IMG/VR virus record: IMGVR_UViG_3300025608_000023
Location: 1-58,658 of that record
Reading direction: 5' to 3' (one strand)
From: a virus
Taxonomy: Duplodnaviria; Caudoviricetes
DNA: 58,658 nt
The notes under the pieces are model-generated. The model did no database searches and was not told where the DNA came from. It worked only from the letters and a program-made list of their open reading frames with translations. Both the position numbers and the translations under genes were made by a program. How positions within the stretch are numbered: the first letter of the stretch is position 1; each line of letters starts with the position of its first letter. Below are positions 19,468 through 30,245 of the stretch, one piece after another.

Positions 19468-21987
19468 ATGTCTGGTCCTTTTGGTTCAAGTCAATGGATG
19501 TACAACACTGGCGGTGACTTCTATCCGACTACGATAGACAACAGCTTGCGGTTTGAAGGAAAATCTGCACCTTCTTACTTGTCTCGCACGTTTACTGCTG
19601 GAAGCAACACAACTTGGACATTTTCTTGGTGGTTCAAACCTGACCTTGAAACCAATAACAATGGAACGTTGCCTTACTTTTTTGCGACCAGTGGGAACAC
19701 ATACATTCGTCAACAATCTGGAGAGGGTTATCAGATTGAAGGAAATCTTCGTGGTAGTGGGGGGACAAACTATTTCTTTAGTTATGCACCAATGCTCCGC
19801 GACCCATCGGCTTGGTATCACTGCGTCATTGCCATAGACACTACGCAAGGTACGTCTAGCAACCGCATCAAGTTTTATCTAAACGGTGAACAGCAAACAA
19901 ACGCTGGCGGTCTTGGTTTAAGTTACCCGCCGTTAAATCACAACACGCAAGTAAACACTGCTGTTGCCCACCGTCTTGGCGCACACCCATCTGCGCCAAG
20001 TAGTTATGCTTTCTCTGGATATATGGCAGAGATTAACTTTGTTGACGGTACGCAACTCGATGCTTCATCTTTTGGTGAAACCAAGTCAGGCATCTGGATT
20101 CCGAAAGCATACAGCGGCTCATACGGCACGAACGGTTTCCATCTGGAGTTTGCTGGCAACGCCAACGACAGTAGCGGCAATGGTAACAACTGGACTGCCA
20201 ACAATATTTCAGCGCACGATTATGTGCCTGATAGCCCGACCAATAACTTTGCCACGTTCAACCCGCTAGACCGTAACAGTACAAGCATTACCACCCTAGA
20301 GGGTAACTTGCGTGTCTCTGCAAACTCTAGTCAATACTTAAGTATGCGTGGAACTATGTCATTCCCACAATCTGGCAAGTGGTATATGGAGTTTCGCAAT
20401 GATAAAACCCACGTTGCTGGTTCGGCTAGTGGCGGCTGGGGTATCCAAAGCGTCAGAGAAATATGGGCAACAAACTTTGGTAACTCTACGACCCACGTTG
20501 GTGTGTATCAAACACAGGGGTATAACTCTGCAATCTACCGCAGAGTTGGCAGTGACCATTTGTATGGTTTAGGAAGTATACCTTCTATAGCTTACGGAAA
20601 TGCTGGAGATATACAGCAAATCGCTTTTGATTGTGACTCAGGAAAAATCTGGTTTGGTATAAATAACACTTGGATGGGCGGTTCTTCGGGGGCAGTCAAC
20701 GCCAGTAGCGGCGACCCATCAACTGGCGCAAACCCTGTTGACACTCTGACGGCTGACATGATTGCCGAAGGCATAGTGCCTATGGTGCATTTTGCAGACC
20801 AGAATGGCACAAAGACTTACAGGTTCAACGCTGGACAGGACAGCACGTTCCAAGGTGCAAGGTCTGCTGGTGGCAATGCAGACGATAACGGCTACGGTGA
20901 CTTCACCTATGCGCCGCCATCGGGGTTTCTTTCTATGTGCCACGCAAATATGCCGGAACTAGCCATCGACCCAGCTAATGATGACGCCAGCGAAGATTAC
21001 TTTAACACGGTTCTGTATAGTGGTAATGGTTCAACGCAGAGCATAACTGGCGTAGGCTTTCAGCCCGATATGGTTTGGTACAAAGCCCGTTCTGCGGCTA
21101 TTGGACACGGATTAGAGGATGCTGTTAGAGGTGCGTCTAAAGTATTACAGCCGAACGGAACATTTGTTGAGGCATCAGTTGCAGGTATTACTGCATTTGA
21201 TTCAGACGGATTTAGTCTTGGCTCGGATGCGGTAGGAAATCAAAACACCACAACATACGCATCGTGGAACTGGAAAGCTGGCGGCACAGCGGTAAGCAAC
21301 ACTGATGGCTCTATTACTTCATCTGTGTCGGCTAATCCCACAGCCGGATTTTCGATAGTAAATTATGTCGGTACAGGTACAAACGATAGTTATGGTCACG
21401 GCCTTGGCGTTGCGCCTTCAATGATTATCACCAAAGATAGAACCGACCCCGCAAACTGGGCGGTGTATGTTGCAAGTGTAGGCACTGGCAAATACTTGCA
21501 GTTAAACTTACAAGCTACAACCATAACAAACTCTGTCATATACCCTACAGTAACCTCAACTACTATTGGCGTTGGTGTGCAGGGTGATGGCTCGATAACT
21601 AATACTTCAGGTGATAACTATATTAGCTACTGTTTTGCAAATGTCGAAGGCCATCAGAAGATAGGCTCCTACGTTGGAAATGGTTCGTCTGATGGGCAAT
21701 TCATTAACTGCGGCTTTCGTCCTGCGTTTATCATGTTCAAGTCATTGAGTAGTTTGACAAACTGGGAATTATATGACGTTGAAAGACAGCCTTACAATGT
21801 TGCACTCAAACCGCTTTATGCCAATCACAGCTACGCTGAAGAGGCTCATGCTACACTTCCCGCACTCGACATACTCAGCAATGGCTTTAAGCCTAGAAGC
21901 AATTGGTCTGAGTTTAACTCAAGTGGGCATAATTACATTTACTTAGCAATTGCCGAACAACCGTTCAAATATGCCAATGCACGATAG
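19468..21987 (+). CDS. Receptor-binding / fibre-associated protein with LamG (ConA-like) and SPRY-like domains
   Basis: TWTFSWWFK, RDPSAWYHCV, FSGYMAEINFVDG, SGKWYMEF, VGFQPDMVW. Confidence 0.75.
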   Translation: MSGPFGSSQWMYNTGGDFYPTTIDNSLRFEGKSAPSYLSRTFTAGSNTTWTFSWWFKPDLETNNNGTLPYFFATSGNTYIRQQSGEGYQIEGNLRGSGGTNYFFSYAPMLRDPSAWYHCVIAIDTTQGTSSNRIKFYLNGEQQTNAGGLGLSYPPLNHNTQVNTAVAHRLGAHPSAPSSYAFSGYMAEINFVDGTQLDASSFGETKSGIWIPKAYSGSYGTNGFHLEFAGNANDSSGNGNNWTANNISAHDYVPDSPTNNFATFNPLDRNSTSITTLEGNLRVSANSSQYLSMRGTMSFPQSGKWYMEFRNDKTHVAGSASGGWGIQSVREIWATNFGNSTTHVGVYQTQGYNSAIYRRVGSDHLYGLGSIPSIAYGNAGDIQQIAFDCDSGKIWFGINNTWMGGSSGAVNASSGDPSTGANPVDTLTADMIAEGIVPMVHFADQNGTKTYRFNAGQDSTFQGARSAGGNADDNGYGDFTYAPPSGFLSMCHANMPELAIDPANDDASEDYFNTVLYSGNGSTQSITGVGFQPDMVWYKARSAAIGHGLEDAVRGASKVLQPNGTFVEASVAGITAFDSDGFSLGSDAVGNQNTTTYASWNWKAGGTAVSNTDGSITSSVSANPTAGFSIVNYVGTGTNDSYGHGLGVAPSMIITKDRTDPANWAVYVASVGTGKYLQLNLQATTITNSVIYPTVTSTTIGVGVQGDGSITNTSGDNYISYCFANVEGHQKIGSYVGNGSSDGQFINCGFRPAFIMFKSLSSLTNWELYDVERQPYNVALKPLYANHSYAEEAHATLPALDILSNGFKPRSNWSEFNSSGHNYIYLAIAEQPFKYANAR

Positions 21988-21997
21988 GAGTGATTAG

Positions 21998-22549
21998 ATG
22001 GCTTGGAAATACAATGACACATACATCCGTGCAGGACGGAGTTGGACTGACAGCGATGGCATCACACATCCACGCAATTGGATGATTTGGTCTGATGCAG
22101 AGAAGACTGCGGCTGGTCTGGTATGGGAAGATGACCCTGCACCATTTGACAATCGCTTCTACTGGGATGCATCAACCCCGAAGGAGTTAGGCGACACACT
22201 CTGGGTTGACGAGGATGGCGATGCTATCATTGACCCGATGACAGGTGTGCAGGGTGTTACGCTTGGTCTAAAGTCTCAGTGGAAAAACCAGACAAAGGTG
22301 ACAGCAGGTAGTCTGTTAGAGCCTACTGATTGGATGGTTATCAAAGCCAGCGAGGTTACTGACTACACTGTACCTGCTGACGTAACAACTTACCGTGCGG
22401 CTGTTCGCACAGCAAGCAACACGATTGAAGCAAGCATTGACGGTGCAGCAGACCACGCTGCTTTCGTAGCACTATTTGACACACCAGTTGATGCGGATGG
22501 CATACCAACAGGCAATGCACCAATTGGCAACTGGCCTGATGAACTTTAA
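21998..22549 (+). CDS. Tail fibre assembly chaperone-like protein
   Basis: LLEPTDWMV...YRAAVR...WP motif of Tfa-type chaperones. Confidence 0.65.
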   Translation: MAWKYNDTYIRAGRSWTDSDGITHPRNWMIWSDAEKTAAGLVWEDDPAPFDNRFYWDASTPKELGDTLWVDEDGDAIIDPMTGVQGVTLGLKSQWKNQTKVTAGSLLEPTDWMVIKASEVTDYTVPADVTTYRAAVRTASNTIEASIDGAADHAAFVALFDTPVDADGIPTGNAPIGNWPDEL

Positions 22550-22560
22550 GGAGTAAACTA

Positions 22561-22803
22561 ATGGACGAAATTACAGCAGAACAGATTGCACATCATTACA
22601 CTGCGATGGGTCACAGCGTTGACCTCATCAATGCTATTATTGCTGGTGATGCAATGGCAGATGACGATGCGGCTGACAAACAAGATTGTGTTGACCGTAA
22701 CGTAGAGCATCTGGAAATTATGGTAGCAAAAGACTTCTGGACTTCAGAAGACATGACTGCTGCCAATGCTGCGATTACCGCTGGTAAAGCATACACTGCA
22801 TAG
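22561..22803 (+). CDS. Small acidic fibre-associated hypothetical protein
   Basis: AGGAG RBS; DRNVEHLEIM motif. Confidence 0.7.
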   Translation: MDEITAEQIAHHYTAMGHSVDLINAIIAGDAMADDDAADKQDCVDRNVEHLEIMVAKDFWTSEDMTAANAAITAGKAYTA

Positions 22804-22858
22804 GCGGTAAAATCAAAGACTATAACCGTTTTCAGCAGTCTAGCATAGTATAAAACAC

Positions 22859-22887
22859 TTGCTTTTTTAGTAAAAGTGTGATATAAT
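22859..22887 (+). promoter_or_regulatory. Promoter for the ejection-protein operon
   Basis: TTGCTT-N17-TATAAT with TGn. Confidence 0.65.
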
Positions 22888-22916
22888 TATGTATATAACA
22901 AATTAGGTATTGACAC

Positions 22917-23129
22917 ATGAAATTTTCTCCAGAACAACACATAGAACCTGCACTGAAGGTACAAATGGAACTAGATGCCCACGAAAAAGAATGCGCTATG
23001 TTTAGAGAGTTAGTCAATGGTAAACTCGATGGCTTAGATAAACGTATGTGGCGTCTTGAGGCAATGATAATGGGCAGCACAGTTATGGTGGTAGCTATGG
23101 TAGTTACAGTATTTATGGGAATGAACTAA
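22917..23129 (+). CDS. Small membrane protein (coiled coil plus C-terminal TM)
   Basis: AHEKECA...LDKRMWRLE then hydrophobic tail. Confidence 0.65.
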   Translation: MKFSPEQHIEPALKVQMELDAHEKECAMFRELVNGKLDGLDKRMWRLEAMIMGSTVMVVAMVVTVFMGMN

Positions 23130-23130
23130 T

Positions 23131-25026
23131 ATGGCAGTTTTTAAAGCATTCAAGCCAGCAGCAATGAAGAAGATTGCAGGTGCGATGGGCTACACTGGAG
23201 ACATGAACCAGTTTCAAAGTTATATTGAGCAAGACCCACAGCGTATGCAGCAGATGAATACGTACAATATGGCTGCACAGAAGATGGCTAAAGGCGGTAT
23301 GGTTAAAAAGTATCAAGAAGGTGGTGACGTTACAGCAACAGCTACCCCTGCTACACCGACACCTACCACAATCGGTGACACTACAACCCAGCGTATGTTT
23401 GCACCAGCCGTACCTACAGGCGGTGTGACACAGGCTGCTATGACACCAACAGGTCCGGGTCAAGAGATTACACAGGGTACTGGCGCAATTACAGGTGCAG
23501 TTGCTGTGCCTACAGCTATGGCTACAACGGCTCAGTCAACACCACAGGCAGATACACAGGCTAATGTAATGGAAGCTGCTACAGCGGCTCCTGCAGTCGA
23601 TGCAGCTATGAATGCTACACAGGCGGCACAGGGTACTGTAGACCCACGTGCGCAGGTAACTGCTGCACAACAGACAGCAACTAGCGTTGGGGACTTGACA
23701 GCAGCGCAAGGAAATGCTACACTAATTAACTCTCCTGTACAAAGAGATATTCAAGCTGGTGAACTTATTACTGGTGCTGCTGATGCACAGACTGCTGCTA
23801 CCTTTACTGAACAGGTACAGGCAGCTACAGCTACACCTTCTGTACAAGCTACAGTACAAGGGCAGCTTGCATCACTTACAAATAACTTTGATGCTTCTAA
23901 TCCACCAGCGTGGGCAGCAGGTGCTATGCGTAATGCTACAGCGGCTATGGCAGCACGTGGACTAGGTGCTAGTAGCCTAGCTGGTCAAGCAATCGTACAG
24001 GCTACACTAGAGGCTGCACTTCCTATTGCACAGGCTGATGCTGCTGTTGTTGCGCAGTTTGAGGCACAGAACTTATCTAACCGTCAGCAACGTGCAATGC
24101 TTGCAGCACAGCAACGTGCGCAGTTCATGGGTCAGGAGTTTGACCAAGCCTTCCAAGCACGTGTACAAAACTCTGCACGTATTGGTGACATTGCTAACAT
24201 GAACTTTACTGCTGAACAGCAGATACAGCTAGAAAACTCTCGTGCTGTAAATACAATGAACCTTAACAACCTGTCTAACTCACAGGCAATGGTTATGGCA
24301 GAGGCTGCTGCACTTGCACAGATGGATGCAGCTAACCTTAACAATCGCCAGCAGACTGCCGTACAGAATGCACAGAACTTTATGCAGATGGACATGGCTA
24401 ATTTGTCTAACCAGCAGCAGACAGAGTTGTTTAAAGCACAGCAGCGTACACAATCTATGTTTACTGACCAAGCTGCTGCTAATGCTGCAGCGCAGTTTAA
24501 TGCATCTAGTCAAAATCAAGTTGACCAGTTCTTTGCTAATCTTGGTCAGCAGACTTCACAGTTTAATGCTACACAAGCTAACGCACAGGCACAGTTCAAT
24601 GCGGGTCAGGCTAACACAGTAAACCGTTTTAATGCAGAGATGAATAATCAACGTGATCAGTTTAATGCGCAGAACCAGACAGTTATTGCACAGTCAAACG
24701 CACAGTGGCGTAGACAGATTGCTACGGCAGATACCGCCGCAATTAATCGTGCTAACGAAATTAATGCGGCAGCTATTTTGAATATCTCAGACACTGCTTA
24801 CAACAATATGTGGTCGTACTATTCCGACACTATGGAGTGGGCATGGAATACAGCAGAGAACGAAGCACAACGTGCTATGCAGTTAGCAGTAGCGCACATT
24901 AACGCTGATGCAGCCGCAGACGTACAAAAAATTAAGGGCGACTATGAATCCAGTGCAGCAGTTGGTGGCTTTGTAACAGAAGTTCTTAAACTTGGTTTAG
25001 GTTCTGGCGGGTTTATGAGGAGTTAA
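23131..25026 (+). CDS. Internal virion / ejection protein (Ala/Gln/Asn-rich)
   Basis: QFNA repeats, helical, position after tail genes. Confidence 0.7.
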   Translation: MAVFKAFKPAAMKKIAGAMGYTGDMNQFQSYIEQDPQRMQQMNTYNMAAQKMAKGGMVKKYQEGGDVTATATPATPTPTTIGDTTTQRMFAPAVPTGGVTQAAMTPTGPGQEITQGTGAITGAVAVPTAMATTAQSTPQADTQANVMEAATAAPAVDAAMNATQAAQGTVDPRAQVTAAQQTATSVGDLTAAQGNATLINSPVQRDIQAGELITGAADAQTAATFTEQVQAATATPSVQATVQGQLASLTNNFDASNPPAWAAGAMRNATAAMAARGLGASSLAGQAIVQATLEAALPIAQADAAVVAQFEAQNLSNRQQRAMLAAQQRAQFMGQEFDQAFQARVQNSARIGDIANMNFTAEQQIQLENSRAVNTMNLNNLSNSQAMVMAEAAALAQMDAANLNNRQQTAVQNAQNFMQMDMANLSNQQQTELFKAQQRTQSMFTDQAAANAAAQFNASSQNQVDQFFANLGQQTSQFNATQANAQAQFNAGQANTVNRFNAEMNNQRDQFNAQNQTVIAQSNAQWRRQIATADTAAINRANEINAAAILNISDTAYNNMWSYYSDTMEWAWNTAENEAQRAMQLAVAHINADAAADVQKIKGDYESSAAVGGFVTEVLKLGLGSGGFMRS

Positions 25027-25027
25027 A

Positions 25028-25216
25028 ATGAGTCATAAAAATCTTACACGTTTAGCAAACATGAATACTAAGTATATTTCCGATAAAGAAAGGGATGCAA
25101 AACCTATTGCTATGCCATCAAAAGGCTTGCTTAATAAACCCACTTCTGATAAAATAGAAAAAAATAAACACGTATCAGTACAGTTACTAGAATCAGTACG
25201 AAAGGCAATGGCATAA
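25028..25216 (+). CDS. Hypothetical protein
   Basis: GAGGAG RBS, coupled to next gene. Confidence 0.55.
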   Translation: MSHKNLTRLANMNTKYISDKERDAKPIAMPSKGLLNKPTSDKIEKNKHVSVQLLESVRKAMA

Positions 25217-25740
25217 TGTTTAATAAAAATGCTCCTGCACCTACACTAGACGCACCTATTCCGGGTCAAGGCATGACTGCACCACTAGGTGACAGACCGT
25301 GGCAAAAACCACCACGGTTTACTACGCCAGAACAAGCACTAGAGTTTTACGTCAATAGTGTGACGCAAGAAAATCAAGTAGATCAGATGTTAGATATTCT
25401 TGAGTTGGGTGTTCCAATTGATACTCTTGTGGACACAATGCAACTAGGCGGCGTAATGGAAGGCTTACATAGTGTAGACGTAGGTATGCTTATTGCTCCT
25501 GCTCTTGTAGAAGTAGTTAGTCAGATTGCCACAAAAGCAGGTGTGAAACATACGGTGGAAAGTCAGCCACAAGACACTACTGTGCCTTCAAAGTCTTCTC
25601 TTGCCTTGGCACTGCAAGATTTAAAACAGCAAGACAGTGGCATAGCAATGTCAGACTCTATATCAGAAGATACTGAAACAGATACGGACGTAGAAGTACC
25701 AGAAGAAGAACCTACTGGACTAATGGCGAGGAGAGCATAG
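25216..25740 (+). CDS. Putative internal virion protein
   Basis: APIPGQGMT...PWQKPP motif, GLMARR C-terminus. Confidence 0.65.
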   Translation: MFNKNAPAPTLDAPIPGQGMTAPLGDRPWQKPPRFTTPEQALEFYVNSVTQENQVDQMLDILELGVPIDTLVDTMQLGGVMEGLHSVDVGMLIAPALVEVVSQIATKAGVKHTVESQPQDTTVPSKSSLALALQDLKQQDSGIAMSDSISEDTETDTDVEVPEEEPTGLMARRA

Positions 25741-26856
25741 ATGGCTTTTAGATTAGGAGCAGCTATTGGTGGTGCAGCTAAACGTGCATCTGAAATACTA
25801 GATGAAGAGCGTAAAGAAGCAGTGTCTATGACAGAAGACGCTTTGAAGACGTGGACACAAATGGGTCTACCTAAAGCTATGGAACGTAGAGAAAAGAATA
25901 AAAACAATAAAAAACTAGCCAAGCAACTAAGCGACAATAAATTTAGTGTAGATCAAATTGCAGTTATCATGGGTCAAGGAAAAGGCCAAGAGGTTTTATC
26001 TTATTTAGATGCACAAAGATCAAAGTATGGTTCACGTTATCAGATTCCTCATGGAGAAATTGTGACTATTTCTGGTACGTATGAAGATACAGGTCTCACA
26101 ATAGATCAGATTCTTGAAAACGTACAGGGTAAAGTAAATCGAGGTATGTCTATTGGAGATGCCGTACAAGACACTACAGGTAAAAACTACACAGGTGGCC
26201 TTACAGGATTATTTGGCGGTGATAATACGGCATTAATGAAACAAAAAATGGAAGCATTTGGTGCGGCAGCAGGTGTGGATATTAATGAATTACGTGCTTT
26301 AGCAGCAGACGATATCACGTATGATGATCCATTACGTAAAGGCACAATTAGTTTAAGTGATCCTGCAGATGATCCTCTTAAAGTTAGTTTCATTAATCGT
26401 TTTGAAAAAGCTGCAGTTATTGGTCTTGGTGGTAAAGCTAATATAGTTGATGGTAATGTAGTAACGGAAGAAATGGATAATACTAGAACACAACAATCTA
26501 TCCGTATTTCAGCACTGGCAAATAAAAAATTCAAAGAGTTGCAAAAAGGTGGTGCAATGAGTGAAACAGATGCGTATGCAGAAACACTAGATTTTATCTA
26601 TAATAAAACTGCTGAATTACGCAATCCAGCTGAGACTACAATATCTTCTTTTGAAGGCTTAACTGCAGGTCAGTTACCGGGTGCTATTGAAAATGCGTTA
26701 AGTGGAGCAACAGGTCCAGAAACAATGTCTATACAGCAAGATGCTGTAAAGGCACTAAAAGCCGCGTATTTAAACCAAGGCACTATGAATGAAGCTGAAG
26801 CAGAAGAAGCAGCTAAAGCAGAGATGGCACGTATACTAAAGCGTATTAATGACTAA
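25741..26856 (+). CDS. Putative internal virion protein
   Basis: 371-aa helical ORF, GAAIGGAA N-terminus. Confidence 0.65.
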   Translation: MAFRLGAAIGGAAKRASEILDEERKEAVSMTEDALKTWTQMGLPKAMERREKNKNNKKLAKQLSDNKFSVDQIAVIMGQGKGQEVLSYLDAQRSKYGSRYQIPHGEIVTISGTYEDTGLTIDQILENVQGKVNRGMSIGDAVQDTTGKNYTGGLTGLFGGDNTALMKQKMEAFGAAAGVDINELRALAADDITYDDPLRKGTISLSDPADDPLKVSFINRFEKAAVIGLGGKANIVDGNVVTEEMDNTRTQQSIRISALANKKFKELQKGGAMSETDAYAETLDFIYNKTAELRNPAETTISSFEGLTAGQLPGAIENALSGATGPETMSIQQDAVKALKAAYLNQGTMNEAEAEEAAKAEMARILKRIND

Positions 26857-26861
26857 TAGAG

Positions 26862-29800
26862 GTGTCTATGCTAAAAGCATATAATCAAATACAAGACCTA
26901 GATGAAGAAACATTGGCATCAGATGAAGAGTTTTTATCTGATGCTTATACTTTTTTACAAGAACGTGAAGGCGTACAGGGTATTCTTTCACCCGAAGAAG
27001 TGTATGATCGTTTCATGGAACACATGCGTTTTCACGATACCAATGAGGTCACAACACTAAGAGACTTGGAATATGCACAGAATGCTTCCCTTGAAGGTAA
27101 GCAGAATTTTGCACGTCTTATTGATGCCTATGACAAAGTAGATACAAATATGTCTTGGAAGATGCTTGGTGATTATGCCGAAGGTATAGCACGTGCGCCA
27201 TCTACATACATTGGTCTTATCAGCGGCGGTACAGGTAAAGCTGCTGGCGTTGCTGCAACGCAGGTAGCTAGATTAGGAGTACGTCAACTACTAAGTAAAG
27301 TTGCTACCAGTGCTGTAGGACGCGCTGCTATTGCAGAGGGTACTATTGGTGCTGTACAGGGTGCATTGGGTGAGGCTACTCGTGTAACAACAGGCGCACA
27401 GGAAGAGTTTACTGGTGTGCGTACTGCTGTTTCAGGTGTTGGTAATGCTCTAGGTGCAGGTCTTCTTACAGGCGGCATTCAGTTAGCAGGTAAATTAGTA
27501 CCAAAAACAAAGTTAAATAGAGAAGCAAGACAACGTGCAGCAGACGAGATGTTAGTTAAATCTGAGTTGGCTGAAGCGGAGCGTGCAAGAACAGCAAGTG
27601 AGGCTACAAGAAATACATTAAGAAATGCAGACCCAAATACAGTCAGAGAACTAAGAGGAAAAATAAGGGCTATTGATCCTAATATGACTGCTATTGGTAG
27701 AAGTCTGAAAAAAGAATTAATGCCCGGCGAGACTATGGAAGCGGCGTTAGGTTCAGAAGTAACTGAAAATATTATGGCTGCTGCAATACGAGTAATAGAT
27801 GTATTAGATGTAGAAGAAGGACAACCTATTACGGAAGCTGTTACTAATGCTTTACGTAGAGGAGATTTATCTAGTGGTGGTGACTTATCTAAAGTGGCTG
27901 CTATTATGGAAGAACATAATATTACACTAGATCAATTTGCTTATATATATGCGGCAGAAGCATCAGAAGCTGGTAGAACACTGCAACAGTTGGGTCAAAT
28001 TAAAACAGCATTTTCTGGTATTAAACCAAGAAGCATGATGTCACCAGAAGAGTTGCAAGTAGATAACTTACTAAGAGACATGGATGAATTAAATCAAGCA
28101 GGTGTTTCAGGTATAAGTAGACAGGATGCAAGAGCGTTTGCAGATGGGCAAGATAAAAGTAGAGTAAAAGCTGCTGTAGATAATTTGTATAAAAATGCAC
28201 AAGACCTTGACAGAATGGGTATTAGTTTTATGACTGCCCAACCTGCTACCACTATGCGTAATAATGAAGGTGGTGCATTCCGTACTGTTATTGATGCTAC
28301 TACACGTGTCATGGATAATGCAGTAGATAAGGTGGGCAATGCTGTATCTTCTAGTTTGCCTAAAGCTGGAGAACTATTACTAAAAACAACACCAGAACAA
28401 CAAAAAATATTTGTACAGAAAAGAGTAATAGAAGAGTATGGTCTGGAAGAAGGCTTACGTATTGTGGAACAAGCAGAAAGTAATCCTGCGGTAATGAAGT
28501 CTTTGTTTGATAAATATGGTAGAAGTCAACAAGCAACTAAAAGTATATTTAGCGGGGCAGGTGATACAACTAAATATTTATTTAATCAAGCAGAAGCACG
28601 AATGATTAGGCAATTGTTTAAAAAGAATTTCCCTAATGAAGCTGAAGTGCTGTTCAGAGAGCAAGCTGACTTGGCAGCTAACGTAGGTAAAGAGTCACGT
28701 ATGGCTTGGGCAGGTAGAAAAATAAACATACTAAACACTGCATCGGATAACTTTTTTAAGCAGGGTATTTTAGCTGCATCAATTAAACGAAGATTAGCTG
28801 ATGCAGGTATTGACCTGAATGATGTTATTGAAAATGGAAGATTCGGATACATACCTGATGACATAAGAACGGCAGCTATTAAAGATGCATATGAATTTAC
28901 ATATCAGTCCGGGTTTCGTGGAAAAGGTCTAGGATCAAAAGCGGCAAGATTTGGCATTGAGTTACAGCAGAAAGTACCTTTTCTTGTGTCTGCTTTTATG
29001 CCGTTCCCTAGATTTATAGCTAACCAGTTAAAGTTTCAGCACGACCATATGCCATTCATAGGGATGGTTATACCTACAGTAACGAGAGGTAAAGAAGGTT
29101 TTAGAGAAGCACTACCTAAACAAATGACAGGTTTAGCTATGCTTGGAACTGCTCTTGCTTGGAGGGCGAAACAAGGTGAAGATGCAGAGTGGTTTGAGAT
29201 TAAAAAAAGTGACGACTACTACATAAACGGTAAAGCTATTTATGGTCCTATGGCTCCATTTATGGTTGTGGCTGACATGATGTATCGTGCATATAATGAT
29301 AAAGCACAGTTCCCTGAAAACTATACAAAATATTATAGTAAGGCTTTAGCAGAAGCTACTATTGGTTCTACGTTTAGAACTGGCGCAGGTCTACAATTGC
29401 TAGACTCACTTCTTAATGATGACATTTTAAGTGGCGAAAAAAATGTACTAGAAATAGTAGGTAATGTTCTTGGCAGGTATACTATACCGGGTGGCGTAGC
29501 AAAAGACCTGTACAGCCAATTCGATCCACAGTCAAGACTTATTCCTGCTACTAATACAGGAGAAGAAGAGCCGTGGTTTGACTATGTGTACAAAGTAGCT
29601 ACACGTAATCTTCCTGATGTTCCTCTGGCTTCATGGTCTGGTGATACTATTACTACAAGAGACTATGATGAACCTGCTGTGTCTCCGTTCCAAACAGGCC
29701 CACTGAAAGCTGTTAATCCGATAGAAAAACAATTGTTTGGTTTTAGTACAGTACGAAAAAACACACTACAAAAAGAAATGGCTCGTCTTGGTATGATGTA

Positions 29801-30245
29801 CACTGATTTGTATAGACGCCCCGGAGATGATCGTATAGATTTTTATACGAGACAAGAGTTGTCCAGACGTGGCCCAAGAAGCTATAACCTAGAGAGAACC
29901 CTTGCGACATTAATAAATAGTCCATCTTACAAAGAAGCTGGTCCTGCTATGCAAAGAAAACTATTAAGTGAACTTGCAGATGAAACAAAGAAAAGTGCTG
30001 TAGAAATCGCAAAAGCAAGATTAGATCAAGAAGCTAAACGCCGTGGTAAACCCTACAGTAGAACAACACTAGCAGCATGGAATGCTTTAACACGTAGACA
30101 GCAAGCTGTTGCAAACGAGTTGTATCAAGAACAGTTTGGTACAGACAAGAAGATAGGTGACGATAGGGATAAAACAGTTCAAGATGCAGACGGTAGAGAC
30201 ATCAATGTTTTAGTATGGGGCGTAAGTGTAGGTAGCGATAACTAA
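26862..30245 (+). CDS. Large internal virion / ejection protein
   Basis: 1127 aa, Gly/Ala-rich hydrophobic stretch, FMPFPRF motif. Confidence 0.7.
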   Translation: MSMLKAYNQIQDLDEETLASDEEFLSDAYTFLQEREGVQGILSPEEVYDRFMEHMRFHDTNEVTTLRDLEYAQNASLEGKQNFARLIDAYDKVDTNMSWKMLGDYAEGIARAPSTYIGLISGGTGKAAGVAATQVARLGVRQLLSKVATSAVGRAAIAEGTIGAVQGALGEATRVTTGAQEEFTGVRTAVSGVGNALGAGLLTGGIQLAGKLVPKTKLNREARQRAADEMLVKSELAEAERARTASEATRNTLRNADPNTVRELRGKIRAIDPNMTAIGRSLKKELMPGETMEAALGSEVTENIMAAAIRVIDVLDVEEGQPITEAVTNALRRGDLSSGGDLSKVAAIMEEHNITLDQFAYIYAAEASEAGRTLQQLGQIKTAFSGIKPRSMMSPEELQVDNLLRDMDELNQAGVSGISRQDARAFADGQDKSRVKAAVDNLYKNAQDLDRMGISFMTAQPATTMRNNEGGAFRTVIDATTRVMDNAVDKVGNAVSSSLPKAGELLLKTTPEQQKIFVQKRVIEEYGLEEGLRIVEQAESNPAVMKSLFDKYGRSQQATKSIFSGAGDTTKYLFNQAEARMIRQLFKKNFPNEAEVLFREQADLAANVGKESRMAWAGRKINILNTASDNFFKQGILAASIKRRLADAGIDLNDVIENGRFGYIPDDIRTAAIKDAYEFTYQSGFRGKGLGSKAARFGIELQQKVPFLVSAFMPFPRFIANQLKFQHDHMPFIGMVIPTVTRGKEGFREALPKQMTGLAMLGTALAWRAKQGEDAEWFEIKKSDDYYINGKAIYGPMAPFMVVADMMYRAYNDKAQFPENYTKYYSKALAEATIGSTFRTGAGLQLLDSLLNDDILSGEKNVLEIVGNVLGRYTIPGGVAKDLYSQFDPQSRLIPATNTGEEEPWFDYVYKVATRNLPDVPLASWSGDTITTRDYDEPAVSPFQTGPLKAVNPIEKQLFGFSTVRKNTLQKEMARLGMMYTDLYRRPGDDRIDFYTRQELSRRGPRSYNLERTLATLINSPSYKEAGPAMQRKLLSELADETKKSAVEIAKARLDQEAKRRGKPYSRTTLAAWNALTRRQQAVANELYQEQFGTDKKIGDDRDKTVQDADGRDINVLVWGVSVGSDN

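Noticed and set aside
15241-21987. Diversity-generating retroelement acting on fibre genes
   Set aside because: No reverse transcriptase ORF and no adenine-specific template/variable repeat pair seen; the repeats are protein-level.
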